A stretch of DNA of 55,990 nucleotides from IMG/VR virus record IMGVR_UViG_3300045988_068752, positions 1 through 55,990 of that record; one strand, given 5' to 3'. Positions within the stretch are counted from its first letter, which is position 1; each line of letters begins with the position of its first letter. The notes beneath the pieces are model-generated. The model did not search any database. It saw only the letters and a program-made list of their open reading frames with translations, and was not told the origin of the DNA. Both the position numbers and the translations under genes were made by a program. The stretch is from a virus. Shown piece by piece: positions 37,144 to 46,048 of the stretch.

Positions 37144-37479
37144 TATACCTCCATTTCTACTATCACCCTTTTTTACCCCATTTTGGCCCTATCTCCCATT
37201 GTATATATATACTAGTTCATTTTCAACTCATCCCAGTATACAATAGGAAAAGGGGCCGTTTTTGGGGGAGAAATAGGGGATTTTAATAAAATTTTCACCT
37301 TTTTCTCATTTTTTTACATCAATATTATAGGTCACCTAGAAATACCCCAAATTTCCTCAGATTTTTTGGGGGATAGTTTTAAGCCAAAATTAGCCATTTT
37401 TGACCAATTTTCCTACAATATCAATGCAAATTCCTACAGTCACCCGAAGTTTTTCTGGGCATTTTCCATAGAAATATAC
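37144..37479. other. 336-bp non-coding region upstream of the replicase gene (candidate origin and/or regulatory hub)
   Basis: No ORF. It holds repeated C4-5/G4-5 tracts, direct repeats TTTTTGGGGGA (37259.. and 37364..), the AT palindrome gtatatatatac (37201..37212) and a sigma-A-like TTTGGG-16-TATAAT on the minus strand. Confidence 0.6.
37408..37439 (-). promoter_or_regulatory. Degenerate possible 11th copy of the promoter-like motif
   Basis: Minus strand: TGTAG GAATTTGCATTGA TATTGT AGGAAA. The 13-nt spacing is the same, but both anchor elements are mutated. Confidence 0.3.
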
Positions 37480-37731
37480 CTATTTAGAACGTTTAATCCA
37501 TCGTAATTCCACCCGATTCACCAAAGAATTATCCGTTTGATAGCTGTTTGCGACCCTTGCAAGGTACTCAAAACCATCAATTTTCACCCGGACAATCTCC
37601 CCATATAAGGTAGATAATATAGGATTTCGAGACAATACAAGCTTCCAGCCAGTTATAATCCCGTCCACATCTTTAATATACTTTGCGTCAAACGCGTCTA
37701 GCACTACTGGTGAATTTGTATTTTTCTTCAT
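37480..37731 (-). CDS. Hypothetical protein (83 aa)
   Basis: ORF directly downstream of the endolysin. Confidence 0.6.
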   Translation of the reverse strand: MKKNTNSPVVLDAFDAKYIKDVDGIITGWKLVLSRNPILSTLYGEIVRVKIDGFEYLARVANSYQTDNSLVNRVELRWIKRSK

Positions 37732-37736
37732 AATTA

Positions 37737-38663
37737 TTACTTAGCGTCCTTTTCTTTAGGAGGTTCTTGTGTAGTAAGAGGCTCGGTGGTAATAAATCCA
37801 TCTGGTTCAACCTTGAATGCTGGTTGTTTGTCAAGCTTACCATCCGGAAGAAGTTTGTACCAACCATCATTATATTTAATGAATTGGTCGGACTTCATAT
37901 CGCCATCTTTAGGATCTAGGTAGTACCAGTTGTCGAAGTATTTAACCCAACCGGTCTTCATCGCTCCGTCTTTGTCGAAGTAGTACCATTTACCACCAAT
38001 CTTGACCCAAGACGTAGCCATATAACCTTTGGCGTTAAACCAATACCACTTACCATCAGTATGTTTCAACCAGCGGTCAGTGTATGCATATCCATCTTTG
38101 TCGAAGTAGAACCATGATTTATTTTCTGCAACGTATTCGAATCGGTTTGTTGGGTATGACCCGTTTTGACGTACATACCACCAACCAGTGTTATTTTTCT
38201 TCCAACCTGGTTCAACTGGCTTAGCGGTACCAGCTCCTGTGAGACGATATACGTAGTAATATGGCTTACCAGCATATACCCAGCGTTCGTCGTGGTCGTT
38301 TACTGAGATACCATTATATGCCCAGTTACAGTGGATGATATTATCGCTATCAACAAAGATACCAGTGTGGCCTCCAGCACCTGCTGACTGCCCTTTACGT
38401 CCCCAGATGAAGATATCGCCACGTTGAGCATCCCAAGGTGTGTTCTCGGCAATAAGCTCGAAGCCGTTGTCAAGCAACCATTGGTGTTGGTATTCAGTGT
38501 TTACTGCCCAACCAGCAGATACGGCTCCGCCTGAGCGTAGTGCGTAATAAATAGATGATGAACAGTCGTATGAGTCAGGCCCATCACGGTGCTCCATACT
38601 GTAATATACTTGTCCTTCACGGTTTTTCATCCAAGCAAGTGCTGTTTCTAAATTAATTGTCAT
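37737..38663 (-). CDS. Endolysin: Amidase_5/CHAP-like N-terminal domain + choline-binding-type (YG/CW_binding_1) repeats
   Basis: The N-terminus [63 protein letters not shown] resembles streptococcal/lactococcal phage lysins. The C-terminus has repeats such as [56 protein letters not shown] at 38663 follows AGGAGA. Confidence 0.9.
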   Translation of the reverse strand: MTINLETALAWMKNREGQVYYSMEHRDGPDSYDCSSSIYYALRSGGAVSAGWAVNTEYQHQWLLDNGFELIAENTPWDAQRGDIFIWGRKGQSAGAGGHTGIFVDSDNIIHCNWAYNGISVNDHDERWVYAGKPYYYVYRLTGAGTAKPVEPGWKKNNTGWWYVRQNGSYPTNRFEYVAENKSWFYFDKDGYAYTDRWLKHTDGKWYWFNAKGYMATSWVKIGGKWYYFDKDGAMKTGWVKYFDNWYYLDPKDGDMKSDQFIKYNDGWYKLLPDGKLDKQPAFKVEPDGFITTEPLTTQEPPKEKDAK

Positions 38664-38868
38664 TTTGTTTCTCCTGTCTTGTAAATATTTTGTATTTGTA
38701 ATGTTCAGTTGGGAAATGATGTTTAACGCCATTTGACTCAACTATAATAAATTCTTGTGGATTCATAGCATGCATACTAATATAAACATCCACAACGTCG
38801 TAATATAAAGATTCGTTTAGGTTGCGTTTATCTTGCACAACCACAATTTGTTTACTATCTAAAATCAT
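38653..38868 (-). CDS. Hypothetical protein (71 aa)
   Basis: ORF upstream of the endolysin; no TM segment, so not an obvious holin. Confidence 0.55.
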   Translation of the reverse strand: MILDSKQIVVVQDKRNLNESLYYDVVDVYISMHAMNPQEFIIVESNGVKHHFPTEHYKYKIFTRQEKQNDN

Positions 38869-38873
38869 CTTAG

Positions 38874-39980
38874 TTACCCCTTATCATCACTTCGATAGTC
38901 CTTATCAATTATTGGATGGAAGAGCCATAAGATTGCCTTGAACATTTTCTCATTAAGCGGCTCTTTTTCTTCTTTGTCTTCTTTTTGTGGCTTGAAAGTA
39001 AGGTTCTCAGTCTTAGTTTCTTCCGTCGGAATATGGAACTTTTTGGACCGAAATTCAGACTCTTCTTCACCCCCGGGATTTTTGTCGGTTTGGGAATAAA
39101 TTTCAGTGGCTACGCCTTCTTTAATCAATTGCTTTTCATCAGGCATCAACTCACGAAAAGTATCTACATAATTAGAAAATCCATCGAAAGATAACCATGG
39201 CGTAATAATAATGAGACATGCTATTTTTTTATAAACCATATTGCGGTCGTGTGCTTGACGTAATTTGTTATCTAAATCGTTCGCAGGACTACGTTGATCT
39301 AAAACGTTTTGAACTAGTAAATTCATGACACTATTAATTTCTTTAGAGAAAAGACGAATTTCTACATCCTGTTTAACTGTAATACTATTAGCATTACTTT
39401 CCATAGATTCCATGAATTGTTCTTTAAACTTTTCCAATTCTTTATCAATTTGAGAATCTAATTCTTCAGCGACACCCTCAATAATTAATTGACGTTCGTA
39501 GCTATGCAAATATGAAATGATTTCTTCATTAATTCTTTTACGAACAATCGGGTCATTCATCATATCCTCAGCAGCATATCGCATTGAGTCAACAGCAGAG
39601 TCATCAGGATTTTCTTTCTTAGGCTTTTTGAAAGTCATATATGGTTCATCTTGACCGAACACATATACATGACCAACCTCTTCTTCCTCCCCATCTTCAG
39701 CTCGAACACCCTTCAACCAGCATGCAGTCATCGCAGCGTAGTTAGATAGGTCTTCTAAGGTGTCTAGGAGGCTCTCAGAGCCCACCTGCTGCGTTCTAGA
39801 GTCGTCCGTGAGTGCTTCTAAGCGGTTCATTTTGTCGCCCATACGGACGATGCTAGCCACGATTCCGTGCTTGTCCAAAGACTCCTCAAATGAGTTACCA
39901 TAGTCGCTATTTTTCTTACAAAATGTCTTGTATTGTCCGTCGTACTGCTCACGCATTGTGTTGTTATTTACTTTTGTCAT
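38874..39980 (-). CDS. DUF1599/MazG-like (all-alpha NTP pyrophosphohydrolase-like) N-terminal domain fused to a long C-terminal region with an internal duplication
   Basis: YKTFCKKNSDYGNSFEESLDKHGIVASIVRMGDKMNRLEAL...DTLEDLSNYAAM fits the DUF1599 pattern. The later segments ERQLIIEGVAEELDSQIDKE and EKQLIKEGVATEIYSQTDKN are repeats. Confidence 0.5.
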   Translation of the reverse strand: MTKVNNNTMREQYDGQYKTFCKKNSDYGNSFEESLDKHGIVASIVRMGDKMNRLEALTDDSRTQQVGSESLLDTLEDLSNYAAMTACWLKGVRAEDGEEEEVGHVYVFGQDEPYMTFKKPKKENPDDSAVDSMRYAAEDMMNDPIVRKRINEEIISYLHSYERQLIIEGVAEELDSQIDKELEKFKEQFMESMESNANSITVKQDVEIRLFSKEINSVMNLLVQNVLDQRSPANDLDNKLRQAHDRNMVYKKIACLIIITPWLSFDGFSNYVDTFRELMPDEKQLIKEGVATEIYSQTDKNPGGEEESEFRSKKFHIPTEETKTENLTFKPQKEDKEEKEPLNEKMFKAILWLFHPIIDKDYRSDDKG

Positions 39981-40242
39981 TTTCTTCCCCTTCAAAGTGT
40001 TCTTCTACGCTAACATTTTTCATAGTCTTAAACAAATGCTCTTTTTCAGCTTTCGAATATTTAAAGATATCAATCTTCTTAATTCGACTTGGGTCAATAG
40101 GTATGATTACTTGACTAGGTGTCCCAGGCATAGTAAGTAAATACGAAATTAAGACATATGTGTCACGTACTTCAACATTAGTTACTACATCATAACGGTC
40201 AAAATCTTTACCGTTAGTATGCTCAATATAAACACATTTCAT
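39964..40242 (-). CDS. Small hypothetical protein (92 aa), member of a tandem small-paralog group
   Basis: The segment IIPIDPSRIKKIDIFKYSKAEKE resembles segments in the ORFs starting at 40503 and 41245. Confidence 0.55.
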   Translation of the reverse strand: MKCVYIEHTNGKDFDRYDVVTNVEVRDTYVLISYLLTMPGTPSQVIIPIDPSRIKKIDIFKYSKAEKEHLFKTMKNVSVEEHFEGEENDKSK

Positions 40243-40254
40243 TTCTTTACTCCT

Positions 40255-40503
40255 TTATCTTACTCTCGGATATGCTTTTTCGAAATCTTCTTTAGATTCG
40301 AAGTATTCAACCATAGCCACATTCGACAAAGGAATATATACTATCTTACGAGCTTGGTCGTTTAAATCAATCCTAAGAAGATTAATCCCATTGTCCAAGA
40401 ATCCGAAATCATTAACGTCTTCCCAAATATGTATTGCAAATCCGCTCATATTTCGAGCTTGCTCATCGTCAATATATTTGACATGTAAAACACCATTAGC
40501 CAT
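40255..40503 (-). CDS. Small hypothetical protein (82 aa), tandem small-paralog group
   Basis: IVYIPLSNVAMVEYFESKEDFEKAYP. Confidence 0.55.
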   Translation of the reverse strand: MANGVLHVKYIDDEQARNMSGFAIHIWEDVNDFGFLDNGINLLRIDLNDQARKIVYIPLSNVAMVEYFESKEDFEKAYPRVR

Positions 40504-40862
40504 TATTGTACCCTCCTGCTTTTCCCAGTGAGCGGAGTAGGCGTGATGATTTCATCAATAGCCATAACATCCGCCTTCAAAATTTCAACTGTAATAAAAT
40601 CGTTACCTGACATATATTCTATCTCACAGAATTCACCACCAGGCCACCATCTAATAGCTACGACATCTTCAAATCGTATGGTCTTAATATCCCCAGTAGT
40701 GTTCACATATTTAACTTCGATTGTTATTGGAGCAGCGTAATTTAATAGTAAATTAAATCCCGATTTCAGCCTCTCCAACAATAAAGAGTTCACATCAGGA
40801 GTCTCTCCGTGATTAACTCCTTTAAACATGCCCATACCAAATGAATTAATTTTGTAAATCAT
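40503..40862 (-). CDS. Hypothetical protein (119 aa)
   Basis: ORF with ATGA-type coupling to its neighbours. Confidence 0.55.
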   Translation of the reverse strand: MIYKINSFGMGMFKGVNHGETPDVNSLLLERLKSGFNLLLNYAAPITIEVKYVNTTGDIKTIRFEDVVAIRWWPGGEFCEIEYMSGNDFITVEILKADVMAIDEIITPTPLTGKSRRVQ

Positions 40863-41245
40863 TTAATTATTCCATTTCTTCCCGGTTTGTTGTCCTTATC
40901 CCGATACTCAACGTCAATCTTATATTTCTTGCCGATACCCCATTCAGGAACAATATCACCATCATTCTGCCATGTTGGTTTGGGATAAATACCATGGTAT
41001 CCATTGAAATCCTCTTGAGAGCTGAACATTTTAAATTCTTTAATTCTGGACAAAGCAATATTGGTAACCATATATATGGTTTTTCCTTCTTCATTCTTAT
41101 TAGGAACCCAATGTGCAATAGTCAAAAACAAACCGTCTTTAGTTTCGCACGTGTCTACATTAAAGAATATATTATAGAATTTTTCATCATTATATTCGAC
41201 CTCAACAATAGTATCTGACTTAACACGTTGTTTAGTATTAACCAT
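40859..41245 (-). CDS. Small hypothetical protein (128 aa), tandem small-paralog group
   Basis: IYMVTNIALSRIKEFKMFSSQEDFNGYHG. Confidence 0.55.
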   Translation of the reverse strand: MVNTKQRVKSDTIVEVEYNDEKFYNIFFNVDTCETKDGLFLTIAHWVPNKNEEGKTIYMVTNIALSRIKEFKMFSSQEDFNGYHGIYPKPTWQNDGDIVPEWGIGKKYKIDVEYRDKDNKPGRNGIIK

Positions 41246-41780
41246 TGTTTACCCCCGTAATCAAGTCAGTTTCAGGTTCCCAATATGGTTCACCAGCAAT
41301 AAAACGTCGAGTTTGTTCGTCTGATAGTTTGTGAACCTTCTGCATATCATAAATGAATTCATTGTAGTAATCGAAATTATCAATTACCTTACCTTCACGA
41401 CGTACGGTGTCGAATGCAGACCAATTGATTTCCTCAGGATAAATAGGAGGAGTCAAACGACGCAAATGGATAAGCGGGAATTTGATTTTATGGTCTTCAA
41501 CTTTGAGTTGTAGAGAAATAGAATTACTCCAACCAAAGAATTCGTCAAGCGGTTCAACTTCAAGACCAGCAGTTCTTCGTAAGTCTGCCACTGTTACAGA
41601 TCCACCATTAGAAAGATGACGTAAAATAGCATCAAGCCACACCATCATTTGGTCTTCAGGTTCGCATGACAGAAGTTCGTATAATTCATTATACTCTTCT
41701 GCTTGTTTTTCAAAGTCAGAAGGTTTGATAACGGGGATGCGTGTAATGTCTAGTGAATATCTCATTTTAGTTTTCTCCAT
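41238..41780 (-). CDS. Hypothetical protein (180 aa)
   Basis: Long ORF; the alternative ATG at 41765 has the better RBS. Confidence 0.55.
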   Translation of the reverse strand: MEKTKMRYSLDITRIPVIKPSDFEKQAEEYNELYELLSCEPEDQMMVWLDAILRHLSNGGSVTVADLRRTAGLEVEPLDEFFGWSNSISLQLKVEDHKIKFPLIHLRRLTPPIYPEEINWSAFDTVRREGKVIDNFDYYNEFIYDMQKVHKLSDEQTRRFIAGEPYWEPETDLITGVNNG

Positions 41781-42432
41781 TCAATTTTTTCTCATAGTCT
41801 ACAATCCACTTTGGTTTCTGTAGAATATCATAGTTATAGTAATTTTCTTCTTTAATAGTTGACAAGAGGAAGTAGTTGTGAATATGTAGTTCTGTACCTT
41901 CCGGTTTGTGTGCTGAAAATGGTATGTTACCAAATAAGTATTCTAAGAACGGATTGTCTATATTATATATTTGTGTCAAATAAATATTAGGATGCGCGGT
42001 GTAATAATCCCCATCATGCTTAAATCGAAACATTTTCATACGACCCTCTTTGATAGAGTTGGCCATATATTTATCGAAGTTCAACTCTTCCCTAAGCATA
42101 TCGATACAGAACAGTTGTTGTTCTTTAATGCTTTGGAAAATAAGCATGCGTAGGTCCTTAGGTTTTTCAGAAATAAGAATGAATGGATAATACCCACCAT
42201 TCTTAGTATCCTGCATAAGATTGTATCGTGTTCCCACAAAAATGTTTAGTTTAGGGGCTTTAATATTGTGTTCTAGCATTACCCCGTTATAAATATCAGC
42301 CCATCGGGATAATACAGGAGTGAATGACTCAGTCTTCGCGAAGTTTTCGAGGTGGGTTTTAATCCCACTCTCCTTTACATCATATTCTGAGCCCTCATAA
42401 CCGCTAAAGAATGATAAAATTCCCTTTATCAT
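41767..42432 (-). CDS. Hypothetical protein (221 aa)
   Basis: Long ORF. Confidence 0.55.
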   Translation of the reverse strand: MIKGILSFFSGYEGSEYDVKESGIKTHLENFAKTESFTPVLSRWADIYNGVMLEHNIKAPKLNIFVGTRYNLMQDTKNGGYYPFILISEKPKDLRMLIFQSIKEQQLFCIDMLREELNFDKYMANSIKEGRMKMFRFKHDGDYYTAHPNIYLTQIYNIDNPFLEYLFGNIPFSAHKPEGTELHIHNYFLLSTIKEENYYNYDILQKPKWIVDYEKKLNGEN

Positions 42433-43048
42433 TTCCTTTTACCTCACTTTCTTTCACGTATAAACCGTCGTTGATTACTCCTTCAGTATATTCCTGAATT
42501 CCGAATGTATATATCCTCTGGGATTTTTCTGAGAGTGAAGTCATAGAAAACATAGGATATACTGAGCAATACATATTCACAAGTTTAACTAGTTCCTTAG
42601 TATTACTATTCAATGCGAAATGCAACATACGGTTATATAGTTCCGCATTATTACTTCCATCAGGAGCGTTCCAAAGAATACAGATGCATGGTAAATCCCA
42701 ACCCTTTTTATAAAGGATTAGGAAGTTGTTACCTGCAGAGAAATCCAATAGATGTCGAATTCTACCAGTACGATTGAATAATACGTTGTAATCGCCAACA
42801 ACATATTTAGCAGTCTTATCCATATGATACTGGATAACTTTCCATGAATTACCATCAGTAAATTTCTGGAAGTCGAATAACTTTTTGTCAAAGTATGGCA
42901 TTTCTTTATACCATACTTTCCAATTATAATCCTTCCAATCTGAAAGAATAACACGCGCACCCTCGACATATTCCTCTAAGCGATTTTTAATATGTCCACT
43001 CACTAGTCCTGTCTTAAGCAGGAACAAACTCACTAATTGTTTTAACAT
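42404..43048 (-). CDS. Hypothetical protein (214 aa)
   Basis: Long ORF. Confidence 0.55.
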   Translation of the reverse strand: MLKQLVSLFLLKTGLVSGHIKNRLEEYVEGARVILSDWKDYNWKVWYKEMPYFDKKLFDFQKFTDGNSWKVIQYHMDKTAKYVVGDYNVLFNRTGRIRHLLDFSAGNNFLILYKKGWDLPCICILWNAPDGSNNAELYNRMLHFALNSNTKELVKLVNMYCSVYPMFSMTSLSEKSQRIYTFGIQEYTEGVINDGLYVKESEVKGNDKGNFIIL

Positions 43049-43049
43049 T

Positions 43050-44147
43050 TTATTCTCCTAACCAACTATCTTCTTTTGTGTATTGAATTCTAAATTCTGG
43101 CATAAAGCGTTCGTCCACAATATCGCTAATTAAGTGATTGTGTTCGTGCCACAAGCTTGCAGACTCTTTGTACGCTTCTTCAGTAATATGGAATAGTCCA
43201 TAAGTACCATCGACATTTTCTTTACCAAGACGGTGACGTTCCACGAATGAAATGATTGTGTCATTGATTACTGGGTCTTCGTCATATTCTAGGTCAAGTC
43301 CTAAGGTCTCAACCATCATATCTGCGAATTGTTCTTCAGTTCCAGCTTTACCTGTCGCAAAGGCAAGTTGCTTAGCGTAGTAAATAATCATTTCACCAAT
43401 AGATGCCCAATCAGAATGGATTGTACCAGCACCGAAGTATTCCGTACGGTCACGGATAATATCTTCACGGATGTTCTTATCACCGATATTTTCCTTTATT
43501 GGAATATATTCCCATGAGAATAACACGGCTAAGTTATCACGCAGCTGCTCATCTTGGATATCATAGCGTTCCATAACAAGTGCACGCCAGTAGTCATAGA
43601 TTTCAGTTGTGTTTTGGTCATAAATACGACGGTCATGTTCCATATCGTTTGCCATTAAAGATTTAATTTGAGCTGTCATTTCCCTTGTGCTACTAATAAC
43701 CGAGCGTGCAGTAAACATACTATCACGATGGTTTAGTAGTTTTGTTCCTTCCTTGAATTTTTGTACGTATTCGTAATGATTGCCATCCATATCCACTTCA
43801 GTAATGAGTTCTTCCGTCAGTGGATTATAGTCAACCCCGAAACGTTTCTCATATGGTGATAGTTCACGTCGAATATCATTATCTGGTGTACGATACCAAT
43901 CAAGGCCATCATTAGGCAGCCCATCGATTTCACGGATATGTTCCGCGAATTCTTCTTCTCGTTCCACCTGTGCAGCAAGTTTTTCTTCAGTCTTCTTAGC
44001 TTCAGCTTGTTTGATGAGTTCTTCATAAGACAACCCTTCAGCTTCTAAAGCATCTTCTTCTTTCCACCATTTGTAAATACGGTAAGCGCCGTATCCGACG
44101 CCAGCCGCACCCACAATACCCAATAATACTTTAACAGGTGTATTCAT
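43050..44147 (-). CDS. Hypothetical N-terminally membrane-anchored protein (365 aa)
   Basis: N-terminal TM segment VKVLLGIVGAAGVGYGAYRIY. Confidence 0.6.
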   Translation of the reverse strand: MNTPVKVLLGIVGAAGVGYGAYRIYKWWKEEDALEAEGLSYEELIKQAEAKKTEEKLAAQVEREEEFAEHIREIDGLPNDGLDWYRTPDNDIRRELSPYEKRFGVDYNPLTEELITEVDMDGNHYEYVQKFKEGTKLLNHRDSMFTARSVISSTREMTAQIKSLMANDMEHDRRIYDQNTTEIYDYWRALVMERYDIQDEQLRDNLAVLFSWEYIPIKENIGDKNIREDIIRDRTEYFGAGTIHSDWASIGEMIIYYAKQLAFATGKAGTEEQFADMMVETLGLDLEYDEDPVINDTIISFVERHRLGKENVDGTYGLFHITEEAYKESASLWHEHNHLISDIVDERFMPEFRIQYTKEDSWLGE

Positions 44148-44148
44148 T

Positions 44149-45012
44149 TTAGTTCAATTCCTTTCTAGTTTTCTTAGGCACGAAATCATGGAAGTTTGTT
44201 GTCGCATATAGGTTGCGAGGTAATTTCCAGCGTACGTAGAATTGGGTTTCATTTTCTTGTTTGTCATCGTTCCATACTTCGTGTGCGTCCCATTCAATAT
44301 AGAACCCATCAGTATCTGTCCAACCAAATGGTAGAGCTGCTTTAGGAACTTCAAATCCAAGAATATCTAATACTTCAGCGAATGTCAACATTCCTTTTCG
44401 CATCATGCGTTCTGTGAGGATATTGTCTGCTTCCTTAATAACACCTTCGTTATATTCTGGTGAGTCAGAAGCGTATTTGTGTGATTTCTTGAACCACATT
44501 CCATAGAAATCACCTTCGTTTGGTACAATTGACTCAACTTCAATTTCTTCACCATCAACTTCTACAGTCTTAGTTTCAAGTGGTGCGTCAATTTTCTTGA
44601 ATGTTTCTTCATCAAGGACTGTCTTAGCACGTAGACGGTAACGAGCGTGTTCTTCTGTAACCATTACAAGCGCTGCAGATACGGCTTTAAGACGGTTTGT
44701 TTGAATAGCAAAACCTAGAATAATTGATGCTGTGGATGCTGTTGCGATAGCCACTGGTACAGCAACGTCTTTAGTGACATCTTTTACAACATCGAAACGT
44801 GTGAATTCTTCACCAGCTGCTTCCATTTTTTCATATTTAGCTTTTGTAGCTTCAAGTTTCTTACCAGATTTGATACCTTCATATACAGAATATCCGTATC
44901 CAACAAGACCTGCACCTAACAAAATAACTGGTGCGTATTTCTTACTAAGAATTTTGGTTGTTACCCAAGTTGTTTTAGCTGTAGCTTTTACTGCGTTTAA
45001 ATTGAATTTCAT
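44149..45012 (-). CDS. Hypothetical membrane protein (287 aa)
   Basis: Two hydrophobic segments (APVILLGAGLVGYGYSV; VAVPVAIATASTASIILGFAI). Confidence 0.6.
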   Translation of the reverse strand: MKFNLNAVKATAKTTWVTTKILSKKYAPVILLGAGLVGYGYSVYEGIKSGKKLEATKAKYEKMEAAGEEFTRFDVVKDVTKDVAVPVAIATASTASIILGFAIQTNRLKAVSAALVMVTEEHARYRLRAKTVLDEETFKKIDAPLETKTVEVDGEEIEVESIVPNEGDFYGMWFKKSHKYASDSPEYNEGVIKEADNILTERMMRKGMLTFAEVLDILGFEVPKAALPFGWTDTDGFYIEWDAHEVWNDDKQENETQFYVRWKLPRNLYATTNFHDFVPKKTRKELN

Positions 45013-45027
45013 TTTTATACCCCTTTA

Positions 45028-45240
45028 TTATAATGATGTTTCTGACAAAATAGTGTACGCCATAGCGGACTCACTTGTGAAATGCGAATGTGCATCTACT
45101 TTCCGCTCTTTACTAATATGATCAATATGATCAAATTCAATAGACCAATTCTTTCCGTCTTTAACGACTTTTACGTTTTCGACCTCTGAAAATAACATAG
45201 GTCTAACTCCTGAAATACGTGGATAAATTCTAATTCTCAC
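45028..45240 (-). CDS. Hypothetical protein (70 aa)
   Basis: ORF track. Confidence 0.5.
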   Translation of the reverse strand: MRIRIYPRISGVRPMLFSEVENVKVVKDGKNWSIEFDHIDHISKERKVDAHSHFTSESAMAYTILSETSL

Positions 45241-45509
45241 TTTTCGAGCTCCTTTTTAATTAGTGAATATACTTCATCAATCTTTTTGTTGATGAATGCT
45301 TCTTCTGACTCCTGCTTCTTAAGTACATCAGGAGTAACCCAGAAATAACCGATATTGTATACATTTCTATCGAAGTTATACCATTTACCTCGATATTTGA
45401 TCAAGTATTGATTGTTAATGATTTCATAATGGTCGATGTCGTACCACGTGTCGGTGTGAATACCGTTGTGTAATATAACACAGGCCATGGATAATTGATA
45501 ATCTTTCAT
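45237..45509 (-). CDS. Hypothetical protein (90 aa)
   Basis: The probable start is ATG at 45509 (MKDYQLSMAC...). The track start at 45545 overlaps the small upstream ORF. Confidence 0.5.
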   Translation of the reverse strand: MKDYQLSMACVILHNGIHTDTWYDIDHYEIINNQYLIKYRGKWYNFDRNVYNIGYFWVTPDVLKKQESEEAFINKKIDEVYSLIKKELEK

Positions 45510-45516
45510 GCATATA

Positions 45517-45606
45517 TCATTTTCCTTTCGCCCATAAGTAGGCAAGAATAACCCAACCGATTGGTGGTGTGCACAATAAGAATAAAGTTCCTAGTAATTT
45601 CTTCAT
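45517..45606 (-). CDS. Very small hydrophobic peptide (29 aa)
   Basis: GGAGGAAAG RBS then ATG; encodes MKKLLGTLFLLCTPPIGWVILAYLWAKGK. Confidence 0.45.
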   Translation of the reverse strand: MKKLLGTLFLLCTPPIGWVILAYLWAKGK

Positions 45607-45607
45607 T

Positions 45608-45721
45608 TTACTTTCCTCCAATAAATGATTTTAAGTTTTTATTAAACTTTTGTTTTCTTTCACGAACCAAACGAATACGTTTTTGAGTTGGTGTCTCAGG
45701 TTCATACTCGTCTTTTTCCAT
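45608..45721 (-). CDS. Possible small basic peptide (37 aa)
   Basis: MEKDEYEPETPTQKRIRLVRERKQKFNKNLKSFIGGK; the RBS is weak. Confidence 0.3.
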   Translation of the reverse strand: MEKDEYEPETPTQKRIRLVRERKQKFNKNLKSFIGGK

Positions 45722-45744
45722 TAGAGCAATAAGATATTTACCGC

Positions 45745-46047
45745 CTAATTTATTACGATTACTAAAATCCTCAGGTAGCATGTTATTCCCCCCTCAAGTT
45801 GTTTAAGTTTATCATTAAACCATTCGGGACATTTGTCATTCATAAACAGGTTATCGCTAATTTTCAATACTTGACGAACATCATCCACTTTTAAGTCTTT
45901 TAGTTTAATATATTGTATAAAAGTATTTAGTACATTGTTTAGATCTTCCTCAGAAACTCGTCCTTTATCTATTAATGTATTAAAATAAATTTCATTAGAT
46001 ATTAATACTAAATTTTCGATATTCATCTGATCAAAATTACTTAACAT
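45745..46047 (-). CDS. Hypothetical protein (100 aa)
   Basis: ATG at 46047 follows GGAGGTG. The longer track ORF overlaps the upstream gene. Confidence 0.55.
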   Translation of the reverse strand: MLSNFDQMNIENLVLISNEIYFNTLIDKGRVSEEDLNNVLNTFIQYIKLKDLKVDDVRQVLKISDNLFMNDKCPEWFNDKLKQLEGGITCYLRILVIVIN

Positions 46048-46048
46048 A

